64,000 nt of DNA from Patescibacteria group bacterium (GTDB taxonomy: Bacteria > Patescibacteriota > WWE3 > JAMCXX01 > JBBTUG01), in the NCBI GenBank assembly GCA_038063895.1, contig JBBTUG010000006.1, forward strand, positions 6,701 to 70,700, written 5' to 3'. A program made the position numbers and the translations under genes. The notes below the pieces were generated by a model. It was not told where the DNA came from and ran no database searches. It saw nothing but the letters and a program-made list of their open reading frames with translations. Shown here piece by piece: positions 29,681 through 37,749 of the stretch; position 1 is the first letter of the stretch, and each line of letters opens with the position of its first letter.

Positions 29681-30835
29681 ATGAAAGAAATGGAAAACGA
29701 AAAGAAAAACATCGGAGTAATATTTGGCGGAATGAGCGCCGAATGCGAGGTATCTTTAGCAACGGGGAGATACGTTTACTCGCTGCTAAATAATAAAAAA
29801 TTTACCGGAACGCCATTTTATTTGGATAAAAAAGGCACTCTTTGGCAGGTTCCAGACAAACTGGTAATCCAAAATACGACGACGGATATCGAGCAGCGCC
29901 TGGAGAAGGACGCGAGCCGGGTAAATTTCGAGGACCTTCCCGGGAAAGTCAGCTGTGTTTTTAATGCGCTGTTGGGCAAGTACGGCGAGGATGGCTGTTT
30001 TCAGGCGATCTTGGAATTGTTGAAAATTCCTTACACCGGTTCAGGAATTCTCGCTTCCGCGTTGGGGATGGATAAAAAAGTCCACAAGAAAATGCTCTCC
30101 GGGGCGGGGTTTTTAGTGGCCAAAGATCTATTAATTCGTAATTCGGAATTCGATATTCGGAAAGTTACGGAAAAAGTTTCCAGGGAAATCGGTTTCCCCT
30201 GCGTTGTGAAGCCGACCCGGGAAGGTTCAAGTATGGGAGTGTCGGTGGTTAAAGAAGAAAAGGGTTTGGAAACAGCGTTCGAGTACGCCTTTAAGTATGA
30301 TCAGGAGGTTCTTGTCGAAGAGTATCTGAAAGGGATGGAGTTTACCTGCGTGGTTTGGGGCAACGACGATCCGAAAGCTATGCTCCCTACCGAAGTCGTG
30401 TTCGAGGGCGATTTTTTTACGTATGAAGGTAAATACATGCCGGGAAAAACCCAGACGATTACGCCCGCCCGGCTTTCGGAAGAGGGCTTGGCCGAGATAC
30501 AGCGCCAATCCGTGGCGATTTATCAGCTGATTGGTTGCCAGGGCTATGGCCGGGTTGACGGCTTTGTCGTTCCTAAGACCCTAAAGGTCGGGGAGCCCAG
30601 ACCTTTAGGGTCTTTGAGTTTGTCTGATATCTCAATTTACATCGCTGAGCCGCACACGGGAACAATTATGGTTCCTTCGTCTTTCGTTTTTCAACAGGCG
30701 GCGAAGTTCCGGATTGATCTGTCCACAGAATTCCATGGAAAAAAAGGTTCGATTCCGATGACCCCGCGCATTTTGGTAACAAAAATTATTGAGTTAGCCT
30801 TCGAAGCGTTTAGCAATAAGAAAGGATTATTATGA
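29681..30835 (+). CDS. D-alanine--D-alanine ligase family, paralogue 1 (atypical)
   Basis: 'FGG.S.E.EVS', 'G.YGEDG', 'MDK', 'VKP..EGSS', 'YEGKY', 'RVD'; 'EPHTGT' in place of EvNTxPG. Confidence 0.85.
   Translation: MKEMENEKKNIGVIFGGMSAECEVSLATGRYVYSLLNNKKFTGTPFYLDKKGTLWQVPDKLVIQNTTTDIEQRLEKDASRVNFEDLPGKVSCVFNALLGKYGEDGCFQAILELLKIPYTGSGILASALGMDKKVHKKMLSGAGFLVAKDLLIRNSEFDIRKVTEKVSREIGFPCVVKPTREGSSMGVSVVKEEKGLETAFEYAFKYDQEVLVEEYLKGMEFTCVVWGNDDPKAMLPTEVVFEGDFFTYEGKYMPGKTQTITPARLSEEGLAEIQRQSVAIYQLIGCQGYGRVDGFVVPKTLKVGEPRPLGSLSLSDISIYIAEPHTGTIMVPSSFVFQQAAKFRIDLSTEFHGKKGSIPMTPRILVTKIIELAFEAFSNKKGLL
30133..30160 (+). repeat. Heptamer array in ddl-1
   Basis: aattcgt aattcgg aattcga tattcgg. Confidence 0.75.
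30575..30614. repeat. Palindromic family A copy 2 (in ddl-1)
   Basis: AAGACCCTAAAGGTC-GGGGAGCCCA-GACCTTTAGGGTCTT; perfect 15-bp stem. Confidence 0.88.
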
Positions 30836-31884
30836 GCGGCATATTAAGAATTGGTTTATTTATCGGCGGGCTGTCTTCGGAAAAGGAAATCTCTTTGGAA
30901 TCAGGGCGTCACGTCTACAACAGTCTTGACCGGGAAAAGTATGAAGTTCTTCCGATCTTTGTCGATAATGAAGCCCATCTTTGGGAGATTGAGGAGGGGT
31001 TGCTGTGGAAAAATACCACCACAGATCTTAAAGATGCCCTCGGTAGCGGGGGAAGCCGGGTTTACTACGAAGATTTAAGAAATAAGATTGATTTTGCTTT
31101 TATTTGCCTCCACGGAAAATACGGCGAGGACGCCTTCCCGGGACTTTTTGAGATACTGGGAATTCCCAACAACGGCGCCTCCGTTTTGGGAGGAGCATTG
31201 TCAATGGACAAATACCGCCAAAGGATGGTTTTGCAGGCGGCTGGGATCGATACTCCAAAGTATTTTCCAATCGAAAATTCCAAGTTCCAAATTCCAAATT
31301 CCAAAATATTTGATGAAGTAGAAGCTGTGTTAAGTTACCCGGTAATGGTGAAGCCGTCGCGGGAGGGAAGTTCAACCGCACTGCATAAGGTGAATAACCG
31401 GGGAGAACTTGAAGCCGCACTTTCCGATGCCTTTATTTACGATAAAGTCGCCTTGGTCGAGGAAGTTTTGGTCGGAACGGAGTTAACGACATTGGTTTAT
31501 GGCGAAGGCGAAAATATTAAAGCCCTGCCGCCATCGGAACTTCTCCGGGGAGGGGATTTCCTTACCGCCCAGGAAAAATTTCTGCCGGGTGGGGCGCAGA
31601 TGATAACCCCGCCGCGGCTACCTGTGGAAGTAGTTGAGGAGGTAAAGAGAGCAGCGGTGAATACGTTTCAGGCGTTAAGTCTTAAGGTCTATAGCCGGAT
31701 CGATTCATTTTACGTTCCGGGTCGGGGAGTGGTAATTTTGGAGCCGAATAACCCGCCGGCGATGACGCCCTCGACGGCTTTGTGGCTTGAGGCTGCCGAA
31801 GAAAACCTTAACGCTTCCCAATTGTTAGATGATCTGATCCGTATCTCCCTTGTCCTCCACGCCGCCAAACTCGGCCCACTTTAA
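30832..31884 (+). CDS. D-alanine--D-alanine ligase family, paralogue 2
   Basis: 'GG.SSEKEIS', 'LHG.YGED', 'MDK', 'VKPSREGSS', 'RID', 'EPNNPP'. Confidence 0.88.
   Translation: MSGILRIGLFIGGLSSEKEISLESGRHVYNSLDREKYEVLPIFVDNEAHLWEIEEGLLWKNTTTDLKDALGSGGSRVYYEDLRNKIDFAFICLHGKYGEDAFPGLFEILGIPNNGASVLGGALSMDKYRQRMVLQAAGIDTPKYFPIENSKFQIPNSKIFDEVEAVLSYPVMVKPSREGSSTALHKVNNRGELEAALSDAFIYDKVALVEEVLVGTELTTLVYGEGENIKALPPSELLRGGDFLTAQEKFLPGGAQMITPPRLPVEVVEEVKRAAVNTFQALSLKVYSRIDSFYVPGRGVVILEPNNPPAMTPSTALWLEAAEENLNASQLLDDLIRISLVLHAAKLGPL
31275..31302 (+). repeat. Heptamer array in ddl-2
   Basis: aaattcc aagttcc aaattcc aaattcc. Confidence 0.8.
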
Positions 31885-31885
31885 G

Positions 31886-31914
31886 TTGACAAATTGCCTA
31901 TAGTGTGGTATAAT
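31886..31914 (+). promoter_or_regulatory. Consensus sigma70 promoter
   Basis: TTGACA-N17-TATAAT with TG extension. Confidence 0.85.
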
Positions 31915-32426
31915 AAACTCAGAGTCTTGAAAAAAGATTCCAAATCCCGAAAGGAGGTGCCATTCGATTATCTTTTTGGCGCTTTATTTGGGAATCCCCA
32001 ATCGGCAAGGGGATTTTGGGAGGTAAGTAACTCCCTAAGACGACGGCCACATTGATGGAACGCCCGTCGCCGAGACAGAAGGAAGCTGCCTTTACGGTCC
32101 GAACTGACTATCAGAGGCATCTGGTGGTTGGTTTGGGAGCACAGAGTTACGAGGATAACTCTGCGGTTAACCGGAAAGGATGGGTCGGATGAGGAAAGCA
32201 TCCCACCTGCTTCTGTCTTGAAGGAAATGGAGAAAGTTCCCGGCTAACAACCCCGTCTCCTAGCCAAGGTTGTTGTTCATTCTAACGTTGGAGAGCCTAG
32301 CGTCCTCGCGCAAAGCTCTATGCACCTTGTATGTTGCCACGATGAATACCGGTAAGGGAGAGAACCGAACGTTGGTCCCAACCCGTGATCCCACAGGGAT
32401 CACCATTCGCAATCGAGGAGGTTGCA

Positions 32427-32768
32427 ATGGGTAACAATTTCGTGGCACGGATCGCCTGGCGTCTGACCAAGGAGCTCGGGCTGACGCTCGAGATTCTTGA
32501 GACAGAAGTCATGCGGTCAGGCGAAGGCCCGGTTTGGAACGCGATTTACGTCCGGGTGAAGCGTATGAATCCCAGTACGTTGGGAATCATCGTTGCCACC
32601 GGTCGTGAGTTCGGTTCCAAATACCCGACCCTTTATCACGTACACTGCGGTACGTACGTGAATAAGTACTGGTCGGGGCGTCATACTCTGCGGGTTCTCG
32701 CCACCACAGCGCTCATATGCAAGATGTATGAGTTGCTGAAGGAGGAGGAGCTGCAGGCGCTGACGTAA
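32427..32768 (+). CDS. Hypothetical protein (113 aa)
   Basis: GAGGAGGT SD before ATG 32427; terminator downstream. Confidence 0.7.
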   Translation: MGNNFVARIAWRLTKELGLTLEILETEVMRSGEGPVWNAIYVRVKRMNPSTLGIIVATGREFGSKYPTLYHVHCGTYVNKYWSGRHTLRVLATTALICKMYELLKEEELQALT

Positions 32769-32781
32769 CCGTGCTCGCGCC

Positions 32782-32825
32782 AAAGTGCCATGTTGGGGTA
32801 ACCTAACGTGGCATTTTCTTTTTTT
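32782..32825 (+). terminator. Intrinsic terminator
   Basis: TGCCATGTTGGG-GTAA-CCTAACGTGGCA followed by T-tract. Confidence 0.8.
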
Positions 32826-32906
32826 AATAGTAAATTTTCAATCGATTCATCTCATTTATTTTTGTTCGGTACTACTGATCTATTTTCCCCGGTTTTATAA
32901 ACATTT

Positions 32907-32951
32907 ATCTACCAATATATACTTGCTATAGCAGTATGTTTTCGTCATAAT
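32907..32951 (+). promoter_or_regulatory. Promoter of PaaX-like gene 2 overlapped by a dyad site
   Basis: TTGCTA-N17-CATAAT; palindrome TGCTATAGCA (32924-32933) sits on the -35. Confidence 0.6.
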
Positions 32952-32958
32952 CAAAGGG

Positions 32959-33840
32959 ATGAAGATAAGAAAGTGTAAATTAGAAGGTGACTCTAGGGAG
33001 TCCTGCCGCGAGCTCTTCTTAGTTGCCGGCTGGGATATAAAGACTACCAACTCCTTTTCCCGGTTTCTGGCCGAATTGGATGCAACCCCGGCCTCCAAGA
33101 TATTCATCGATTCAATGATCAAGTTTAAAGAAATGTATCCGCCGCTTCGAACCGGTCCCCGTCAGGTTGACTATTTAGGGCTCCTTCGCGGCGAAAATGA
33201 GTATAGGGCAATGAAACGGGCTCAATTTTACCTCAATAAGAAAGACCTTGTGAAGGTTTCCGGTGGACTAGGCGGCAAAAGATTAGTTTTGACAACCCGG
33301 GCCCACCGTATTTTTTACGAAGACTACCCTTTGGCCAAACTACGTCGGGAAAAGTGGAATGGGCTGTGGACAATAGTGATGTATGACTTACCGGAGAAAG
33401 AAAAAAGCTTTCGGGAGTATTTAAGACTAAAGTTAAAAGGACTTGGTTTCGGCAGTCCGCAGGAAAGTGTTCTAATTTCGCCATTGCCAATTGCCGCTCC
33501 GACCCAGGCGTTAATAGAGGGGGAGCAAGCTGAAAGATACGTTTGGGTGGTTTCGGCTCAACGGGTTTTAGGTTTGGACAATCGCGAGGTGGCGGAGAGA
33601 GCGTGGAAACTTGATGAACTTAACATGCTTTATAAATGTCTCTTAAAAGTTTCTCCGGTCGTTAAGGGGAAGAATGATAAGAGTCTTCTCGATGCGTGGC
33701 GCCGCTGCTTTTTAGCGCTGGACAATGTTGACCCGTATCTGCCGCTTGAACTTCTTCCTAAAGATTGGCAAGGAGAGAACTGCCGAAAAGTGGCTGAATC
33801 GTCAGGGTTCGCCGGGTTAATAAAGTCAATTTTTCAGTAA
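32959..33840 (+). CDS. PaaX-like regulator (wHTH + Cas2-like fold + PaaX C-terminal domain)
   Basis: 'WNG.WTIVMYDLPE', 'GFGSPQESV.ISP', 'DPYLPLELLP.DW.G'. Confidence 0.88.
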   Translation: MKIRKCKLEGDSRESCRELFLVAGWDIKTTNSFSRFLAELDATPASKIFIDSMIKFKEMYPPLRTGPRQVDYLGLLRGENEYRAMKRAQFYLNKKDLVKVSGGLGGKRLVLTTRAHRIFYEDYPLAKLRREKWNGLWTIVMYDLPEKEKSFREYLRLKLKGLGFGSPQESVLISPLPIAAPTQALIEGEQAERYVWVVSAQRVLGLDNREVAERAWKLDELNMLYKCLLKVSPVVKGKNDKSLLDAWRRCFLALDNVDPYLPLELLPKDWQGENCRKVAESSGFAGLIKSIFQ

Positions 33841-33864
33841 ACCCCATTTTTTTCTACTGCGAAT

Positions 33865-33906
33865 TACTACAATTTCACCTTGCTATAGCTAGTAATATTT
33901 GTAGTA
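33865..33906. repeat. Dyad site downstream of PaaX-like gene 2
   Basis: TACTAC-N10-TGCTATAGCT-N10-GTAGTA; shares CTTGCTATAGC with 32922-32932. Confidence 0.75.
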
Positions 33907-33913
33907 GATATAT

Positions 33914-35383
33914 TTATCTATAAATATCAGGGAGGTCGTTTTCGAAGAGGATCAGAGAGTTGGGTTTGACTAATTGCGGGATTATCTCTTTGGTTGCCTG
34001 ATCGAGGGAGTCAGTGATGAATAATCTCTGACCTATTGTTCCGTTGTTCCATTGTTTCATTGCTGTGGCGTTGCTCCAGCCGCCTTCTCTAATTCCTTGC
34101 AGAAGGGCTGCACGGTTGGTTTTGTTGACGATCACGGCGTAATCAAAATTTTCGGCAATCAGTTCTCCTAACTTTTTATTCTCTTCGAACTGCTGTTTTC
34201 CCAATTCCACTATTCCCGGAGTCACTATTATTTTTGGGTAGTTGGGTAAACGGGTAATCAGTTTTATTGCGGCCCGGGCGCCCTCCGGGTTGCTGCTGTA
34301 GGCGTCATCAATTATTAACGAGTTTTCGGGGCCGTGGATTAGTTGTAAGCGGTGTTCCGGTGGGCTGACCTTGAATAGGCCGTGCCTTATTTCCTCTTCA
34401 GTTAAGCCTAAATATGTTCCTACAGCAATAGCCGCCAGGGCATTGCTGACGTTGTGGTCTGCCGGGAGGTTGAGGGTGTAAGTGTCTTGTTTTACCCTGA
34501 ACTCGGAGGATTCGGGAGAGGATGAAATAATTTCCGCCTGAAGATCGGCTTCAACTCCGTGCGGTTTGCTAATCCGGGAGTAACCTACTTTATTTATTAT
34601 AGTTTTTAGATAGAGTTCTACGCATGGTTGGGAGTACAGATTGAAAACCGCCAAGCCCTCCTCCGGAAGGGATTGAATCAATTCCGATTTAGCTTCCACG
34701 ATATTTTCCAAACTCCCGAACCGCTCCAGGTGCTGATTAGTTATTCCGGTGATAATCCCGATTTTAGGTCGAACCATCCGGCAGAGTTCCGCAATCTCGC
34801 CTTTTTTGTAGGCGCCCATTTCGACGATAAAGACTTCGTGCTCCGGCTTTAATTTCATATTGATGATACCGGCTATGCCGAAAAGCGTATTGTAGCTTTT
34901 TGGAGTCGCCAAAACTTCGTACTTCGTTGCGAGAACAGTTGCTAGGATTTCCTTCACCGTGGTTTTGCCGTAACTGCCGGTAATTCCGATGACCAATAGG
35001 TTTTTGTGTTCCGTGATAATTTTTTGGGCACGGAGAACCGTCCGGCGGCGGTTGATGATTTCGTATGGCCGGAGAACTAGTAAAGATATTAGAAGTAACG
35101 GCTGGGGGAACAGCTGAAGAAGAATAACGATAATTACACCCTTAAGGTCAAGGCTCCCCGACCTTAAGGGTGTGGCCCAGGGCTGAAATAGAAATATGGG
35201 AGCTAGGCTGAGGGCAGTGGCGCATATGAAAAGAAACCTGGCCTTCGAAGTCCACACCAGCGCCTTTTTCTTTTCCAGTCCTAAACGGAACAAATTTTGA
35301 ACGGTCCATTTAATGAAGCGGACTAGGTCGTATTCCAAAACCTGCAGGGCGTAAAGCTGGTTGTAAAGCGGGATGTACCTCAT
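33914..35383 (-). CDS. murF: UDP-MurNAc-tripeptide--D-Ala-D-Ala ligase with N-terminal TM region
   Basis: 'ITGSYGKTT', 'SYNT..G', 'EMGA', 'HLERFGS', 'DDAYSSNP', 'ELG'; start at ATGA overlap 35383. Confidence 0.88.
   Translation of the reverse strand: MRYIPLYNQLYALQVLEYDLVRFIKWTVQNLFRLGLEKKKALVWTSKARFLFICATALSLAPIFLFQPWATPLRSGSLDLKGVIIVILLQLFPQPLLLISLLVLRPYEIINRRRTVLRAQKIITEHKNLLVIGITGSYGKTTVKEILATVLATKYEVLATPKSYNTLFGIAGIINMKLKPEHEVFIVEMGAYKKGEIAELCRMVRPKIGIITGITNQHLERFGSLENIVEAKSELIQSLPEEGLAVFNLYSQPCVELYLKTIINKVGYSRISKPHGVEADLQAEIISSSPESSEFRVKQDTYTLNLPADHNVSNALAAIAVGTYLGLTEEEIRHGLFKVSPPEHRLQLIHGPENSLIIDDAYSSNPEGARAAIKLITRLPNYPKIIVTPGIVELGKQQFEENKKLGELIAENFDYAVIVNKTNRAALLQGIREGGWSNATAMKQWNNGTIGQRLFITDSLDQATKEIIPQLVKPNSLILFENDLPDIYR
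34035..34066. repeat. Octamer array (CAATGAAA-type) in murF
   Basis: attgttcc gttgttcc attgtttc attgctgt; same unit at 53116 and 56546. Confidence 0.7.
35136..35173. repeat. Palindromic family A copy 3 (in murF)
   Basis: ACACCCTTAAGGTC-AAGGCTCCCC-GACCTTAAGGGTGT; perfect 14-bp stem. Confidence 0.9.
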
Positions 35384-36105
35384 AAAATAAATTCCGAGAT
35401 TAATTTTGCGACCAGAGCCGGTTGTTCTATAAACGGGAAATGGCCGCACTGCGGGATAATTTTTAAGACCGAGTTTTTTATTCCCCTTTTCATAATCGCC
35501 GCGTCGCGGATGGGAGTTTCGGGATCTTCCTCGCCCCAAATAAGTAACGTTGGAGCCGCAATATTGCTCAACTTAGTCCGAAGGTCCTCTTCCACAATTA
35601 TAGCCATTGTCGCCTTCATCGGACCGGCGGCGCGGTAATCTTCCGATTGGAAGGATTTTGCCAGAGGTTTTTTAATAAATTCGGGAGAATTCGAAAAAGC
35701 TTTCGACATTAGAAGTTTCGTTTGGGTGAGGATGTCGCGGCGGCGGATTCCCGCGCTGTCAATCAAAATCATTTTCTTTACTCCGTTATATTCCAGCGCG
35801 TAGGCGAGTGCAATTTTCCCGCCAACCGAGTGTCCCAATAAAATGGGTGATTCGATTTCCAGTTCCTTAAAAAATTGATTTAATAAGGCGGCGTAATCGC
35901 GGCTGGAAAAAGGGGTTGCCGGAACCGAGCTTTCTCCGAAACCGGGCAGGTCCAAAAAGATCATTTGGAAAGGGAGCGCCGCGAGGTAAGGTTTTAAACT
36001 TTCCCAAATCTGCAGATTAGCTCCCCACCCGTGCAAAAAAACAATTTGTTCTCCGCGCCCGTAAACCTCGAAGTTGATATTCAGTCCCTTGATTGAGATG
36101 TTCAT
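35380..36105 (-). CDS. Alpha/beta hydrolase
   Basis: 'LHGWG', 'DLPGFGES', 'GHSVGG', 'WGEED', 'GHF'. Confidence 0.92.
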   Translation of the reverse strand: MNISIKGLNINFEVYGRGEQIVFLHGWGANLQIWESLKPYLAALPFQMIFLDLPGFGESSVPATPFSSRDYAALLNQFFKELEIESPILLGHSVGGKIALAYALEYNGVKKMILIDSAGIRRRDILTQTKLLMSKAFSNSPEFIKKPLAKSFQSEDYRAAGPMKATMAIIVEEDLRTKLSNIAAPTLLIWGEEDPETPIRDAAIMKRGIKNSVLKIIPQCGHFPFIEQPALVAKLISEFIL

Positions 36106-36119
36106 GAGTCGTCGCCGCT

Positions 36120-36155
36120 CACCTTAAAGATCATGGCTCTTCGACCTTTAAGGTG
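36120..36155. repeat. Palindromic family A copy 4 (hydrolase 5' region)
   Basis: CACCTTAAAGATC-ATGGCTCTTC-GACCTTTAAGGTG. Confidence 0.8.
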
Positions 36156-36262
36156 TACGTATCTATTCTACCGTTTCCGCCGCCCTTCTGTCACAACGGT
36201 ACGTTTAGGGGAAGAGGTATAAACACGTCGAGGAATCACGTGACGCAATAAGTTAAAAATAA

Positions 36263-36306
36263 ACTCTACAAATTTAACCGCTGATCGGCTGAATATTTTG
36301 TAGAGT
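36263..36306. repeat. Orphan dyad site with PaaX-2-type geometry
   Basis: ACTCTAC-N10-GCTGATCGGC-N10-GTAGAGT. Confidence 0.7.
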
Positions 36307-36314
36307 CGATGCTC

Positions 36315-36764
36315 CTATAAAGGCATGTTTTTATTACGCCACTTTTCGGCCTGTTCTAAAATCTCGGGAAGATTAATAATTGTTCCCGCCTGAGCCTCTA
36401 ATATGTCGAGTCTTTCCTTAGTTACGAAAGTTTCGGGGTTTGGGCTTTCGATCGTCTCTTGAGTTTGGACATCCACAATTGACCAATGAAGAAGTTGTGC
36501 CAGGCGGGCGATATTGCGCAAGATTCTTTGATAAATCTCTTTATCATAGTCGTAGACATTGATGATGTATTCGCCGTTTTTCAGAAGCGTAAATTCCAGC
36601 GGATCTCTTTCATCACCATGCTTTAGAGAAAACGAACTGATTTCTCCTTTATCTTCCTGGTGTTGAAGGATCTCAAATTCGGGGGAAAGAGCAGCTTGGA
36701 GGTTGCTGTAGGTTAGTCTTCCGCTTGTTTTATCTTTAGTTTGAAGACAATAATCAAGACTCAT
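36315..36764 (-). CDS. Hypothetical protein
   Basis: 149-aa ORF with no competing ORF. Confidence 0.7.
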   Translation of the reverse strand: MSLDYCLQTKDKTSGRLTYSNLQAALSPEFEILQHQEDKGEISSFSLKHGDERDPLEFTLLKNGEYIINVYDYDKEIYQRILRNIARLAQLLHWSIVDVQTQETIESPNPETFVTKERLDILEAQAGTIINLPEILEQAEKWRNKNMPL

Positions 36765-36794
36765 ACGCCTAAACTAGCTTCTCAAATATTTATT

Positions 36795-36834
36795 AAAAAA
36801 ACAAGGTGGCAAAAGCTGTAAGCTGTTGCCACCT
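36795..36834 (-). terminator. Intrinsic terminator
   Basis: AGGTGGCAA...TTGCCACCT with A7 on the left. Confidence 0.75.
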
Positions 36835-36850
36835 CGCTAAGACGAACTAT

Positions 36851-37465
36851 TCAATTGTCAAAAACGTCGCACCGAAGGGGATCGGCGTTGGGACGAAGGT
36901 TTTTGTCGAGACTCCAGATCCCTATCAAGAACGAACCACCAGCCTCGCCCTGCAAATCCTGCACCACGAATCTCGATCCGGCACCGTTCTTGGCGAGGTA
37001 TTGTCTAATTTCTTTTTGGCACCCCGCTGATGTCGTTTCATACGACCGAATCGCCGCAAATCCCGTTTGATCTTGCTGGCCGGCATAGAAACGTCCCTTC
37101 AGGACGATTTCCGTGCCGTTGTCATTCGCAAACACCTGCTCCACCAACCAGTAGTCATAGAAAGCGTTCAGGCCACTTTCGATCACTGGCTTGGTAGGTC
37201 GCGACTCGCGGTTCAAATTCACGACGAGTCCTGTTCCTTTGGTGCTCTTCAACTCGGGTTTAGTGGTACTCGTACCAGTGGTCTCTCCTTGAGACTCAGC
37301 TGGCAAAAGCGATGAATAGATCATCGCGACTTCCCTCTTGACCACAACGAGGTCCCAGTCGCCGGTCTTCCAACCGTAGACGGGAAGCGCGATCAGAGTT
37401 GCTACCACTAAAATCGCGAGCCAGATCATGAACACCGTTCCGAGTACGTTCAGAAACTTTTTCAC
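36851..37465 (-). CDS. Hypothetical membrane-anchored exported protein
   Basis: GAGGAGG SD and GTG start; N-terminal TM; Thr-rich linker; two Cys. Confidence 0.75.
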   Translation of the reverse strand: MKKFLNVLGTVFMIWLAILVVATLIALPVYGWKTGDWDLVVVKREVAMIYSSLLPAESQGETTGTSTTKPELKSTKGTGLVVNLNRESRPTKPVIESGLNAFYDYWLVEQVFANDNGTEIVLKGRFYAGQQDQTGFAAIRSYETTSAGCQKEIRQYLAKNGAGSRFVVQDLQGEAGGSFLIGIWSLDKNLRPNADPLRCDVFDN

Positions 37466-37643
37466 TTTGCCTCCTCAGGCGTATTCCGTTCTTTGGGCGG
37501 AACACATTTGAATTTGGTTTGTGCGATAAACAATAAAGCCGTTGTTTCAGACTTTGGAGAGGGGCAATTCTTCAGAACCTTGTAACAGCGGCCATTGTTT
37601 CTCTCTCCTCTTATTCGGTTATTAATTTGCTTACCATTATATC

Positions 37644-37672
37644 ATTATACCATAAATAAGGCTTATAGTCAA
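37644..37672 (-). promoter_or_regulatory. Sigma70 promoter
   Basis: TTGACT-N17-TATAAT on the minus strand. Confidence 0.75.
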
Positions 37673-37749
37673 TTGGTAGTTTTAGCTAATAAGTCGGTGA
37701 AGCATGGGGCTGTGAGCTTTTGGGTTGAAGAATGTTATACTTTCCTGGA

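Noticed and set aside
31957-32247. TGA readthrough (selenocysteine or code 25) of a 96-codon frame
   Set aside because: Core genes such as rsmH, mraY, ftsZ and rplU end in TGA; the GTG start lies inside the SD; no recognisable SECIS or selenoprotein motif
11571-33840. CRISPR-Cas locus suggested by the Cas2-like folds and the Cas4-like gene
   Set aside because: No repeat-spacer array and no cas1 or effector genes; the Cas2-like segments lie within PaaX-family proteins
35384-35539. N-terminal extension of murF given by the ORF track
   Set aside because: Overlaps the hydrolase gene; the ATGA-coupled start at 35383 is more plausible
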